A stretch of DNA of 40,269 nucleotides from Candidatus Methanophagales archaeon ANME-1-THS. Lineage in GTDB: Archaea > Halobacteriota > Syntropharchaeia > Alkanophagales > Methanospirareceae. The number at the start of each line of letters is the position of its first letter. The first letter of the stretch is position 1. Below are positions 12,101 through 19,617 of this stretch, one piece after another. The stretch covers positions 1 to 40,269 of the forward strand of contig RXIE01000128.1 of NCBI GenBank assembly GCA_004212135.1, in the 5' to 3' direction. Under the pieces are notes generated by a model. It ran no database searches, had not been told where the DNA came from, and was given only the letters and a program-made list of their open reading frames with translations. Both the position numbers and the translations under genes were made by a program.

Positions 12101-13602
12101 ATGAGCGGGATATAGACTTGAACTTGTATGCTCGAATTCAGTTCAGCGGCTATGAAAACATAACCAATTTCAATCTCACTGCGCGTGATGCCAAAAGCTT
12201 AACCATCGAGGTCCCTGTAAACTTCACCGGCGATAAAAAGATGCTTTACAGCATTTATATGTCTTCTGGAAGGTCGCTCTCTATCAACTCCCTCTATATC
12301 TATGAAAAACCACCCTCAGAAGCAGGGATAGTGCTCTATACGGATAAGCAGGTTTATGAGATCGGTGAGAATGCCACCATCTTCATTGAAACAACCAAAG
12401 ATGGAGAGCTCTATCTCACTGCTCCTAACTATACCCGCAATAGAAGCATGTCTGCCGGAGAAGCAATTGAATTACACTTCACGGTACCAGAACTCCTCTC
12501 CGGCACGTATTACATTGAGTACTCCTATACTAATTACAGCCTGTCCTATCCCTTTGATGTGAATGGCTACTCTGCCCGGATCTTAGAGTTAACTCTTGAC
12601 AAAGAGGAGTATCAATCCGGAGATACCTTTACGCTACGTGCTTTGGTTGAGGTTAACCGAGGCTTCGAGGCTCTTGTGACTGTAAGCATCTACGATCCCG
12701 AATTTACTCTTATAAAGGGCCATTCATTTAATCAACGATTCGATGCGGGAGAGAACAGAATAATCTACACTGATACAATTCCCACAACGTATTCCGGGAT
12801 GCATGGCATAGTACCTACCGTAATAATAGATCTAGCAGGCTATTCTCCCGTCATTATTGCCTCAAGCGCACGGTATTTCGACGTGATAGGGCCCATACCC
12901 GCCCCGACGCCAACGCCAACACCGACACCAACTCCAACATCTACACCCACACCAACACCCGCGCCAGGAGGACCAATAGGAACTTCATATCATGCACCAA
13001 AACCTGGAGAAGCGACGATTACAACAGAGCCAACCGGTAGAGTTATATCAACAGTTACCGCACCATCAGCAGACGGCAAAGCATCGGTAACGATAGTTGA
13101 GGGTACGATAGCCCGAGACGCTGATGGTAACCCCCTCACGACGGTAACGATTAGTTCCCCGATGGTATTACCGGCCGGAGCACCATCGGGCGTAAGTTAC
13201 GTCGGTTACGCGATTGAACTCGGTCCAGCAGGTGCAACCTTCAGCCCACCCATAGAAGTGTGCATAACCTTCGATCCTGCCGATTTCCCATCCGGAACAA
13301 CACCCGTGATATACGTCTTTGAAGCAGGGGCGTGGAAACCGCTCGCCACTACAATCGCTGGCAATAAAGCATGCGCAAAAGTTGATCACTTCTCCATCTT
13401 CGTGCTCTTTGCTGAAAGCGTCACGCCCACACCAGCACCAACACCAGAAGTGACACCACCATCAGTAATGCCAACACCAGCACCCACGCCTGCACCACCA
13501 GTATCCAAATTGCCGACATTGAACCTCGTCCTGGTCGTCATAATCGCACTGGTCCTCGTCGCGTTAATCATAGCCTACAGAATACAGAGAAGAAGAACGT
13601 AG
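3106..13602 (+). CDS. Giant (3498 aa) multidomain cell-surface protein: thioredoxin, Cys-rich domain, GATase-like domain, Ig/CARDB-like repeats, beta-propellers, PT linker, C-terminal anchor
   Basis: Signal peptide; FYANWCHFC thioredoxin motif; 23-Cys segment; 'LIIPSGG..GGVLIVF' GATase-like fold; many N-x-S/T sequons; repeated 'D..G.(I/L)W.G' propeller blades; PTPTPT; TM helix + RRRT. Confidence 0.85.
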   Translation: MNTRHSILVVEISLLVFCLLVGTVAPTTWYADDGGGADFTRIQDTDRASARTVPLDKFVGEIDAFQKPRSDDSSSLSLSNESTISNSYTNSLSSDIDRFLHANKSVFLFFYANWCHFCQEQKPIIDELEQEYADRITFIRTDADENPHALNEFSVTELPALFLIIDKNEEGYVYQKFSGFTGKEILTESFDYVVANGRLPEDSGYPSSSSSSSFRIPKSNEIVSRSSLTIDDLSFLENDTDFQENLAYVRTQGYVYPSAAEKITYSDESYSINLLLSTSDTTNVVFISKSFRASGSGTYMMKWKDDGIVIFNKDGGITIYDNGSISSYDTHHSCSFTDCELACVTKKFKNPSLLYLEQKITDILLSCAGAKAADAFKNSYKFTKSVKCGYECSGADPSVSSSKCARCIIGITAGSVPGAGCAVGLWNILGDFLDPYADCASECAADPSAYGNPCKNNQVRKICIENFGGLENTDGMVGESCNDCTWEFDYAVLPIRVCPLNQECVMTPSGQPECRERTECRSNDRCVTASRAPGGCCQYTRSPGCDQPDDNFDVSTPNAPALESSSTSPETIYDPAVAVLNNGFAQGIIAHLARNGEQVGLVEPNLAGLDRYTILIIPSGGLHGVGTETFKSTIDSFVFNGGVLIVFDQQYGSDYSSIPGKLQAFGWREDQSCQFSSTAMTAFHPILSGQPGIVSSFNVDGFFTKWPANANIILTRTKNGFPAFITYPHGRGLIIASTLYSDYSQTLHQQTGDELLLMRDLTAWIRGIRSMPPYLERDVAVETLPLRSPSNFSVIIRNVQMESATYPEFNAGDTVVLPVNVTNYGNRTADMVAFKIYSPTFVPSYVNVSAAIPPNASQNITLNYKTLPSSQQGIWFTLYTLYSEDEPIWADYGDAFALGVTMTDLSLFTISLVLRSPANYVVDTRTVSTRILPGESQTVGIEHTLPYGDVYGIWYLEYKVENQIGEVTDKGIKMFSLTRFNTTERGWTYPGNFSFAITSETEDFIVGEPAVFTFLIWNSGAEDKIVNVTWGAIHHVWRGVVPGGWDWGMDNSVLVRAHNYTSFQYTLPRVVESDRLRAKFYIDGHLVGYADRGINAVTPAIRIELSTNRSAYYTGDDVLLDLTATNLRSVSYNVSLNLSIYDPESQVVLQNSTVIPFSADSREEIEYKYPLSDDAKVGLYRISVNWAGGAGTASKNFIVAPPHLQMINKTLPEIIIPGSIQTASFTIKNIGSSGNATFNLSFKNSTDIVYEDTGTFRLARGEETELNFSISAEPHKYTYGNKFVIAYTFDSGDYGTINGAEVYPSSLAVLFDTKPRYKQGENLTFNVTIRNSGKTVENITANFTVPSLALEDIAERNLYSGEKYTQSFSKLIPLEVGSGVYAIIAEIGGKEYKSSYYIPSPDLLLSLNAAEYSAGEDITIGIDNSGGAVTPFNLSMFLIDSGASRIADKSETDMLFAGEFKEYLLHIPGQATSGSYMLRAQAEYGGRAASLSRSITINGLEAGLNVSTTKKIYLATETKTVQSTITNGDTAIETATLQLQIIGQPTGIEEGTWQRHPTPWDVPMFGAIEIDSNGDIWLGTSGTGSYTSTKMFGVLKYTSGVFERYTNALEWGAKSIAIYNNTIYAANYYGPGVASLNESGFNTLLSTNSELPSEGILELDADSSGLWFVSHVGISRFDGTRWTHYNYSNTGLNLYGHIEADNKGGVWVGGYSGWYHFNGSAWEVFNSTNTNGLFFAQLHDIEVDSTNNTYFMGWTAMGRPTKIVTFDGTNWTQEEKDICGQNYIADIDVAPDGTLWAACVQQGAYFKNATGWQLPLTTANSGLPSNYLTAVKADADKVVFGTAEPLAGYENYNMALALYNGTWAVYNQSNSNIPSRNKSGSSNQINALEISPDGTIWLGHNLGLSKLENGEFVNYYNTGTINSNDVFSLSKSPGGELWFGGYTAIDKFNGSWNGFRYQDSFGPRAWYWRSTYVDSKGRLWIAADDYGILMYNGTGWTHYDYSKNEEFNYDRIHFVPTERSTNEIVAMGEDSSGAVIAVNSWGDQYTLYENNSAFEDYPGYGGFLDMVIDSADNRWYIDSQGAYGLLKRDNAGVYTRYLPPEELWPPEETYISALALDSAGRIWAGSIDSTYDASTRIQLFVWDGLAWTKFESEDLELSLYLLYKMKFDSTGRLWITTNIGLFSFTPGSFTIEAYNGTWQIVGIEHFQGQPYPDRYATKTIDLPEGSTKVRLTHKNTETAHIDAALLNGNAPIRIIDRSTNAQLPPAKLAKADYDIIDAVARTIEIAWGSPGTKLTLTAVEEDIRGVPISWPEEGYLNYLLGTPQTFSKYLIPASSHPAGTFYATFSTTPDVLLVNLDVTGDNTLDPEGDWAELRIVTQNGLKSFRISNTETVWGTSRYEYTEKVPWQHKTYQFSIPLSELGVSHGDEIMFQIGYYGTMVVPPPAPIATLLWEDIREINLSPHETLAEDIDVGTLGNAVGKLILRGTLRSSTGQLIAEDEYLFYAIKGNTSLETELNKKIYRPDEIVALKERVRNHADVALEDAALKVEVDGAEVYARSGVSISAGGYFDFPVTIPPVEGNHSIRSKVTQAGNVLVEILDEYKVSAPSLEENITIPDIAGRAPFFIEVLLNNTGEVDASVTVSIDDSAQAASLMPGEIKLLRFEKQIHATSTIIINISGDLTKTITKEVVFGESVAISLNTSTAYTPGQVVIPYLVANNGLLDVNFNLTFSLDSSTEARAIYLPAGENMTGLLVYNLTSGEYILSYTSIYGSDSKVIVVAPRGAEIQNVSIVENEGALVVSSTMKNRGGEQFIGTVHLSSEFYMNETALELDASGESNLTFGIDTTNVSEGVYTITLTVLEDGIPVSEKSGEVQLAPKIIFTALPGDLVFSLGETRDLIVGVKNYGTAGGLAEVNMTMQGIGTQTNSTWLRPGEEADLVFTAIIPDDLEEKSYTMFLELNGTKNKISYFVHGAKISVNASLDKYFYTEGENATLTLQVKNERDIDLNLYARIQFSGYENITNFNLTARDAKSLTIEVPVNFTGDKKMLYSIYMSSGRSLSINSLYIYEKPPSEAGIVLYTDKQVYEIGENATIFIETTKDGELYLTAPNYTRNRSMSAGEAIELHFTVPELLSGTYYIEYSYTNYSLSYPFDVNGYSARILELTLDKEEYQSGDTFTLRALVEVNRGFEALVTVSIYDPEFTLIKGHSFNQRFDAGENRIIYTDTIPTTYSGMHGIVPTVIIDLAGYSPVIIASSARYFDVIGPIPAPTPTPTPTPTPTSTPTPTPAPGGPIGTSYHAPKPGEATITTEPTGRVISTVTAPSADGKASVTIVEGTIARDADGNPLTTVTISSPMVLPAGAPSGVSYVGYAIELGPAGATFSPPIEVCITFDPADFPSGTTPVIYVFEAGAWKPLATTIAGNKACAKVDHFSIFVLFAESVTPTPAPTPEVTPPSVMPTPAPTPAPPVSKLPTLNLVLVVIIALVLVALIIAYRIQRRRT
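12898..12963 (+). repeat. Pro-Thr linker coding repeat
   Basis: PAPTPTPTPTPTPTSTPTPTPA encoded by degenerate CCNACN units. Confidence 0.8.
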
Positions 13603-13603
13603 G

Positions 13604-14671
13604 TTATTCGAAATCTGCCAACGCCGAGCACGCCCTGCAGCGTACGCAACCAGCCTTATTCCTCCGCCAGCTCATGCCCCGCTCGTGCAGGATCTCCCCA
13701 ACGACCTGATAGAGATGACGCATCCGATCGGGGATCGGCGGTTTCTCATGCTCCATATCCGACCCGGGTATGGGCCGCAGCGGTACGAGAAAGGGATACA
13801 CGCCGAGTTCAACCAGGAGCCTGCTCCCTTCTATGATCGATTCATCGCGCTCGCCCAGTCCCGCAATGATATAACTGCTGACCTGCGTCTCGCCAAAAAG
13901 CTCGACACCGCGTTTCCATGCCTCGATGAACTGCTGCAACGGTATCTCCGCCTTACACGGAGCTTTTTCCTTCAGTACCGCCACATCAAAACTCTCCACA
14001 TGGATGCCGATTGTATCGACCGATTCGTAAAGGAGGTCTATCATGCTGAGCTCATCCGGTGGTTCAAATTGGGCATGGATAGGTAATCCCGTCGCCTCTT
14101 TTATCGCGCTCGCACATGCCGCAAGGTGTTTGATGCCCTTGTCAGACGTCGCGGTGGTTCCCGTGGTAAGGGTCACATGCGTCACATGGTCTATTTTCTG
14201 TGCGGCACCTACCACCTCAGCGAGCTGCTCGGGCTTCTTCTTCGCGATCGTCGCACCGCTTTTCAGCGAGAGCTCGATTGCGCAGAATTTGCACCGTTTC
14301 GGAGTGTCCCAGTAGGCACACGTCTGGATCGTCGTGGTCGCGACGCAATTAGTGCCATGCAGCAGTGCGATTTTTCCATAGGATATGCCATCTTTGGTCC
14401 TTAACTCTTGGAACTTCGCCGCTGGAAACCGAACCTCGGTGATCCGCTCACCAGCTCGCTTGAGTATGTACTTCCCCTCTACGAGCTCAACGGAATAAGG
14501 CGAAAGAGAGACGAACCAGCTCTGCGTTGGAACGTTTGTTACCGTATTGCCGAAGCTAAACATCCCACCAGCAGCCGGGCCCGCGCCCCCTTTTCTGCCC
14601 TTATCCACACCTGATACTCGAGCACCTAAGCAGAGCAGATCCACTTTCAGATCTTTAATTTCCATATCCAC
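13604..14671 (-). CDS. Radical SAM protein, MSMEG_0568-like family
   Basis: Extended cluster motif C-x8-C-x2-C (CAYWDTPKRCKFC), N-terminal RKGGAGP motif, 'GKIALLHG', and C-terminal GCVRCRACS. Confidence 0.8.
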   Translation of the reverse strand: MDMEIKDLKVDLLCLGARVSGVDKGRKGGAGPAAGGMFSFGNTVTNVPTQSWFVSLSPYSVELVEGKYILKRAGERITEVRFPAAKFQELRTKDGISYGKIALLHGTNCVATTTIQTCAYWDTPKRCKFCAIELSLKSGATIAKKKPEQLAEVVGAAQKIDHVTHVTLTTGTTATSDKGIKHLAACASAIKEATGLPIHAQFEPPDELSMIDLLYESVDTIGIHVESFDVAVLKEKAPCKAEIPLQQFIEAWKRGVELFGETQVSSYIIAGLGERDESIIEGSRLLVELGVYPFLVPLRPIPGSDMEHEKPPIPDRMRHLYQVVGEILHERGMSWRRNKAGCVRCRACSALADFE

Positions 14672-16179
14672 TTCTTCCGCTTCCCGATCAATTTGCTGAT
14701 CTCATCGCTTGTTACCATCCCGATAACGCGCCGCTCAGTATCGATAACGGGTAATGCGGATATATTACCGCGCTCCATCTTCCGAATGACGAGCTCAAGC
14801 GGCTCTTCAAATCCCGCGGTTATCACTTTCCTCGTCATGATGTCCGCCAACCCCTGGTGTTTCGTCGCCACTGCCGTTGAGATATCCCACGCGGTTACAA
14901 TCCCCGCAAGTTTCCCATCATGCGCTATAACTGGTATATGCGTGGATTGGGACTCCATAATCAATTTTGCCGCATCTTCAATGCTTGCTCGTTCGCTTAT
15001 CATCTTCACATCCCGGATCATGACATCCTTCACGAGCGGTAGTTCGGTCTGTTTCATCGGCTTAAAGACCGTATCGGTCGGTAATCGCTCGACTGGTGTT
15101 GAGAGGAAGAAACGACCCTGTTCTATTCTCTCTTTCAACTCCTCTGCAACTCTACTTGCCATGAAGAAGCTTGAAAGCGGCGAGGTTGGAACTGCTTTAC
15201 CCTCCAGTTCGATCATACCGGATTTTAACTCCTCATAGGTAACTCTTCTCAATACCGGTCGTTCTCTCCTGCTTACACCGTAATCAATCACCTCAGTGAT
15301 AATATCCGCATCACGTATGCCGGTTTTCTTCGCCATTCGTTCATTCAGGATCGGTATCGGTATTCCAATACCAACGAAGAGGGTTACACCATAGCCAAAG
15401 AATGTGGCACCCCGTAAGAACTCAGGATCCATCTCCTTCACATTACCCGTGACCATTACGGTCCCTAATCGATTCTTGGGGTTGTGTTGCGTTCCCATGC
15501 CCACGACATAGCCCTTGGCACCACAGAGAAAGATGCGTGTGCCTACCCCGATCGTCTCGAAATCAGGATCGTTCGAGAGCGGCGAGAGTGCACCGGCACC
15601 GGAATAATTTACATTCCGATAGTTCGGAAGCAGTGTGCCCATATAGGTGTATATCGTCCTATCAGAGGAATTGGTCGCGACGAAATACCGCTGATATGCA
15701 TTCCGCGGATTGAGCATAATCGCCTGATTTAGATCTTCAAGTGTAATGGTGGTTTCTATCTCTTTACGAGGGTAGCAATCCGTGCCAAAGCCCATAGCGC
15801 GCATATTGACAGGCTTTCCCGCAACCAAATCCTCGATCACATGTCCGCCACCATAGTTGAGCCCTTTCTCATCTGAGAGTTGCGCGGCTCCGAGATACGC
15901 ATCGACCGCCGCAATTCCGGTATACGCCTCCACATCATTGAGCCATACACGCTGCATTTTGATCGGCGGGTCCGCATGACCAAAGTTCATGAACATGCCG
16001 GACGAGCACATGGGGCCAAACGTCCCCGTGGTGACGACATCGACTTCCTTCGCCGCTCCCTCTGGGCCCAATTCGCTCACCAGATCACTCATTCGATCGG
16101 CAGTCACTACCCGAACACTGCCATCCGCAATTCTCTCGTTTATCTCCGCTATGCTCCGCTCGGTCTTTGTCTCTACCAT
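14647..16179 (-). CDS. Homocysteine biosynthesis protein (L-aspartate semialdehyde sulfurtransferase, DUF39/MA1821-like) with CBS pair
   Basis: VDVVTTGTFGPMCSSG, GTDCYPR and NPRNAYQ motifs plus two C-terminal CBS domains. ATG at 16179 preferred over GTG at 16200. Confidence 0.88.
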   Translation of the reverse strand: MVETKTERSIAEINERIADGSVRVVTADRMSDLVSELGPEGAAKEVDVVTTGTFGPMCSSGMFMNFGHADPPIKMQRVWLNDVEAYTGIAAVDAYLGAAQLSDEKGLNYGGGHVIEDLVAGKPVNMRAMGFGTDCYPRKEIETTITLEDLNQAIMLNPRNAYQRYFVATNSSDRTIYTYMGTLLPNYRNVNYSGAGALSPLSNDPDFETIGVGTRIFLCGAKGYVVGMGTQHNPKNRLGTVMVTGNVKEMDPEFLRGATFFGYGVTLFVGIGIPIPILNERMAKKTGIRDADIITEVIDYGVSRRERPVLRRVTYEELKSGMIELEGKAVPTSPLSSFFMASRVAEELKERIEQGRFFLSTPVERLPTDTVFKPMKQTELPLVKDVMIRDVKMISERASIEDAAKLIMESQSTHIPVIAHDGKLAGIVTAWDISTAVATKHQGLADIMTRKVITAGFEEPLELVIRKMERGNISALPVIDTERRVIGMVTSDEISKLIGKRKKWIWKLKI

Positions 16180-16438
16180 ACGTACAAGGTACACAGGCAA
16201 ACCTTTAAAATCTTTCTCATTTTTCAGTTACTTCGCACAATCTATCGCCCGTATCAGCCCGGATAGATCTCCCTTTCATATCGCTTCTTCAACGCTTTCA
16301 TCAAGTCATGGAACTGAACATAATCGCGCTGGAGCGAACTCCACCTATCGAATGCCCTGTTTTTCTGGGATTAGGTATATAAATCGGAATCCACTTATAA
16401 AAATGTTGGCTAAAGGGTCAGCACAATACTGATACGCA

Positions 16439-17386
16439 ATGAGCGTGATAGAAGTAGCGGATTTGACCAAGCGGTTTAATAACAAGGATGGCATTGCCGC
16501 GGTGGATCACCTCTCGTTCCAGGTCGCTGAGGGCGAGATATTCGGGTTGCTCGGGCCCAATGGAGCGGGTAAGACGACCTTGATAAAAATATTGACGACG
16601 TTATTGAAGCCGACTTCGGGTTCAGCAATGGTAGCGGGATTTGATGTCCGAACGGAAAAGAACCGGGTGCGAGAAAGTATCGGGATTGTATTTCAAGAGC
16701 CGGCACTCGACTGGCGATTGACCGGACGCGAGAATCTGGATTTCCATGCGCGAATGTACGGGCTGAAGCGTGGAGAGCGCGAGAAACGGATTGCGGAAGC
16801 CCTGAAACTCGTTGAGATGGAAGACAAGGCGGATATCGTGACGGATAAGTACTCAGGCGGTATGAAACGCCGTTTGGAGATCGCACGTGGCTTTATTCAT
16901 GAACCCGAAGTACTCTTTCTGGACGAGCCGACCCTGGGTCTGGATACTCAGACGAGGCGAAGAATGTGGGACTATATTAAGGAGGTAAATGCGAACAAAC
17001 ACGTAACAATTGTCTTAACCACGCATCAGATGGAGGAAGCGGATTATCTCTGTGACCGTGTCGGAATTATGGACCACGGAAAGATCATTGCGCTTGACAC
17101 GCCGAAGAATCTGAAGGATTTGATAAGCTCCGATCTGGTTAGTCTCGAACTCAACAGGGACGGGCTCGGGTATGATTTAGATGCGTTTAAGAAGCTTGAT
17201 TTTGTTATTGCGTTCCAGAAGCACAACGGTCTCGTCACGTTGAAGATGGAACGAGCAGAATTGAGAATCCCTGCAATTATGGATGCCGCACGAAGGGCGG
17301 GAATCGAGATAAAATCAGTGAATATGAGGAAGCCGAGTCTTGAGGACGTCTTCTTGCATTTCACCGGGCGAAGGATCAGAGAATAG
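16439..17386 (+). CDS. ABC transporter ATP-binding protein (DrrA/ABC-2 exporter type)
   Basis: Walker A GPNGAGKT, signature YSGGMKRR, Walker B LFLDEP, H-loop TTH, C-terminal PSLEDVFL. Confidence 0.93.
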   Translation: MSVIEVADLTKRFNNKDGIAAVDHLSFQVAEGEIFGLLGPNGAGKTTLIKILTTLLKPTSGSAMVAGFDVRTEKNRVRESIGIVFQEPALDWRLTGRENLDFHARMYGLKRGEREKRIAEALKLVEMEDKADIVTDKYSGGMKRRLEIARGFIHEPEVLFLDEPTLGLDTQTRRRMWDYIKEVNANKHVTIVLTTHQMEEADYLCDRVGIMDHGKIIALDTPKNLKDLISSDLVSLELNRDGLGYDLDAFKKLDFVIAFQKHNGLVTLKMERAELRIPAIMDAARRAGIEIKSVNMRKPSLEDVFLHFTGRRIRE

Positions 17387-17466
17387 TACGTATGAGGATA
17401 GTTGAGGTATTGAGAAAGCTGTAAACAATGATTGAGGGTTAACCGAGCCGTCACTGTATTGGTATA

Positions 17467-18204
17467 TTAAATCTTACAGCAGTATTTTTCTATTTTTGAA
17501 CACCAGCATTCATCTCTAATTGGACACTCAGCATATTTATTTTTGTCACAAAATTCCTCTTTAAACCTGTAAAGAAACCCCTCGAAAAGAGACGGAGAGA
17601 TTTCAAGATCTCTGCATAGTTTTATCATTATTTTTTCATCTTTTGGTAAACCCAGCTTGTTGCGCATGGAATAAACACGACTATCAATTGGAAAAACATC
17701 ATCCTTTTCCATGAAATCACGAATAAAGGTGCTGTAAACTTTTGTGCTACTTCCACCCATTATTTCCCTAAATTTATCCCTCATCTCAATCCCGTTTAGT
17801 CCTTTTAATCTAGTGAGAAAATCTCGGAAACTTATAGATTCTTTTCTCAAATAATCTCTCATCTTCTTTATTCTTTCTCTTTGCCAACTAAATCGGAGAT
17901 CTAAATTTGAAATATCTTCATCTTCTAGTTTTCGAATATCTCCAATACTTTGAAATTTTGCATAAGCCCTTCGCCAGACGTCTTTTTGTATTTTAGGTAT
18001 CCACGGCCCGTAACAGATATTCAATAGAAGGTGGTAATCAGGGTTAAGCAATTGTTGTCTGTTATTATTTTGGTTACCTTTATATAGGGCGAATAACAAT
18101 AAGGGAGCATGATGGAAAAAACGATCGATACCTTTATAGCGATGTATCCAAAGCTGAACACGAAGAAGAGCTACAGAGCGGCGATCTATGATTTTCTTGA
18201 CCAT
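17467..18204 (-). CDS. HhH-GPD superfamily DNA glycosylase/AP lyase-like protein; start uncertain
   Basis: HhH-like GGSSTKV (Lys), VFPIDSRV (catalytic Asp position) and a C-terminal Cys cluster. The 5' 96 bp overlap the integrase on the opposite strand, so the true start is probably further downstream or the gene is truncated. Confidence 0.6.
   Translation of the reverse strand: MVKKIIDRRSVALLRVQLWIHRYKGIDRFFHHAPLLLFALYKGNQNNNRQQLLNPDYHLLLNICYGPWIPKIQKDVWRRAYAKFQSIGDIRKLEDEDISNLDLRFSWQRERIKKMRDYLRKESISFRDFLTRLKGLNGIEMRDKFREIMGGSSTKVYSTFIRDFMEKDDVFPIDSRVYSMRNKLGLPKDEKIMIKLCRDLEISPSLFEGFLYRFKEEFCDKNKYAECPIRDECWCSKIEKYCCKI
18079..18107 (+). promoter_or_regulatory. TATA box and RBS of the integrase
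   Basis: TTTATATA at 18079-18086 and GGGAG just before ATG 18109. Confidence 0.55.
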
Positions 18205-19485
18205 ATCTATGGGCGTGTACGGGCAGGAGAAAGAATTTCCGGGGACGAGCCGGCGAAATACGAAGAACTCAGTGTAAAATACTTCTCGGAGGAGAGAGAC
18301 TATCTCAACGACCTGATCGGGTTTATCGGGAACATGAGCGGTAAACCACCGACATCGATCAAGCTCAAATTAGCAGGTGTGAAAGAATGGCTGAGCTTTA
18401 ACGGTGTCGAGCTGTCACAGAAGGAACTTAAGACGTTACGGCATAGGACACCAAAAGCCAAGGGGGCGTGGACGGTTGAGAACGAGTTTGATATTCCGGT
18501 TCTCAGGAAGATACTTGCTCATGCAGATGAAAAAGCGGCAGCCCTGATCCTTACCCTCGCAAGCTCAGGCATGCGGATAGGCGAGGCCTTAAATATCAAA
18601 CTCAAAGATATGGACTTATCCAAAGAGCCACCTGAGCTCATAGTGCGAGGAGAGTATACCAAGGGTGGAGAGACGAGGGTTGTTTTCATCAGCAAAGAGG
18701 CAAAGGCAGCAGTTGAAGAATGGTTAAAGGTGAGAGACGATTATATCAGGGCTTCTCTTAACCGAAATAAAGGTTTAATCGAGAAAGCAGCGGCGGGACA
18801 GAAGACAGGAACCGATGAACGGGTTTTCCCATTCTCGGTAGCTGTTGTAAGAGAGTTTTGGAGCCGGGCATTGCTGAAAGCGGGCTTACATGAGAAAGAT
18901 AACAGTACCGGCAGGTTGCAGTACAGGATTCACGGACTAAGGAAGTTTTTCCGGTCTCAATTAGCCTTATCTTGCCCGGTGGATATTGTCGAGGCGCTCA
19001 TGGGTCATGAGGGGTATTTAACGGATGCTTACAGGCGATATACGCGGAAACAGATGGGTGAGTATTATCTGAAGGCGGAGCACCATGTAACAGTAACGGG
19101 TACAGGAGATATTCGTGAGATACAGGACAGATTGCAGAACACTCAGGCAGCGCTCAGGGGATACAAAGATATTATAACGGAACAGACACAGGAAATTGCT
19201 GAGCTGAAGCAGAGATATGAGGAGCAGGCGAAGAAGATAGGGGAGACAGAAAAGATACAGGAGCGGATAAAAGAACTGGAAGAGAAGTTGAGGGAAGTTG
19301 GTGATAGGTATAACAAATTTATGGAAGATCCTATATTCTACAAAGTTTTGTTCGAAGGGATAAGGGTGGTATTCATTGAGTTTGCTAAGGCTTTTGGACT
19401 CAAGACAGATTTCAAAGATCTCGATCTCAAAATTGACGCCGATGAGATTATCAAAAAGATCAGGAAGAAGAAATTGAGTGGGTGA
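18109..19485 (+). CDS. Tyrosine recombinase/integrase with C-terminal coiled coil
   Basis: SGMRIGE (R), TKGG (K), HGLRK (HxxR), LMGH (H), AYRRY (Y), followed by a ~120-aa Glu/Lys/Gln heptad tail. Confidence 0.93.
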   Translation: MMEKTIDTFIAMYPKLNTKKSYRAAIYDFLDHIYGRVRAGERISGDEPAKYEELSVKYFSEERDYLNDLIGFIGNMSGKPPTSIKLKLAGVKEWLSFNGVELSQKELKTLRHRTPKAKGAWTVENEFDIPVLRKILAHADEKAAALILTLASSGMRIGEALNIKLKDMDLSKEPPELIVRGEYTKGGETRVVFISKEAKAAVEEWLKVRDDYIRASLNRNKGLIEKAAAGQKTGTDERVFPFSVAVVREFWSRALLKAGLHEKDNSTGRLQYRIHGLRKFFRSQLALSCPVDIVEALMGHEGYLTDAYRRYTRKQMGEYYLKAEHHVTVTGTGDIREIQDRLQNTQAALRGYKDIITEQTQEIAELKQRYEEQAKKIGETEKIQERIKELEEKLREVGDRYNKFMEDPIFYKVLFEGIRVVFIEFAKAFGLKTDFKDLDLKIDADEIIKKIRKKKLSG

Positions 19486-19617
19486 AAACTTCCGCCAGGT
19501 CTCAGTAAAGTACTAATGTCGACACTAAACGAAGATTATCAACTGAGCGGAGAAGGAAGTTGCTTACGGCTAATACCGATGAGTCACACTTCTGAATTTT
19601 TACCTGTTTAAACAGGT

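Noticed and set aside
113..16432. Many 60-180 aa ORFs antisense or out of frame within long genes (also throughout 20.9-38.2 kb)
   Set aside because: Shadows of well-supported genes, with no motifs or RBS.
18109..19485. This integrase as the IntI of the cassette array
   Set aside because: It is 19 kb away, no IntI-type signature was recognised, and its coiled-coil tail and Xis-like neighbour suggest a separate element.
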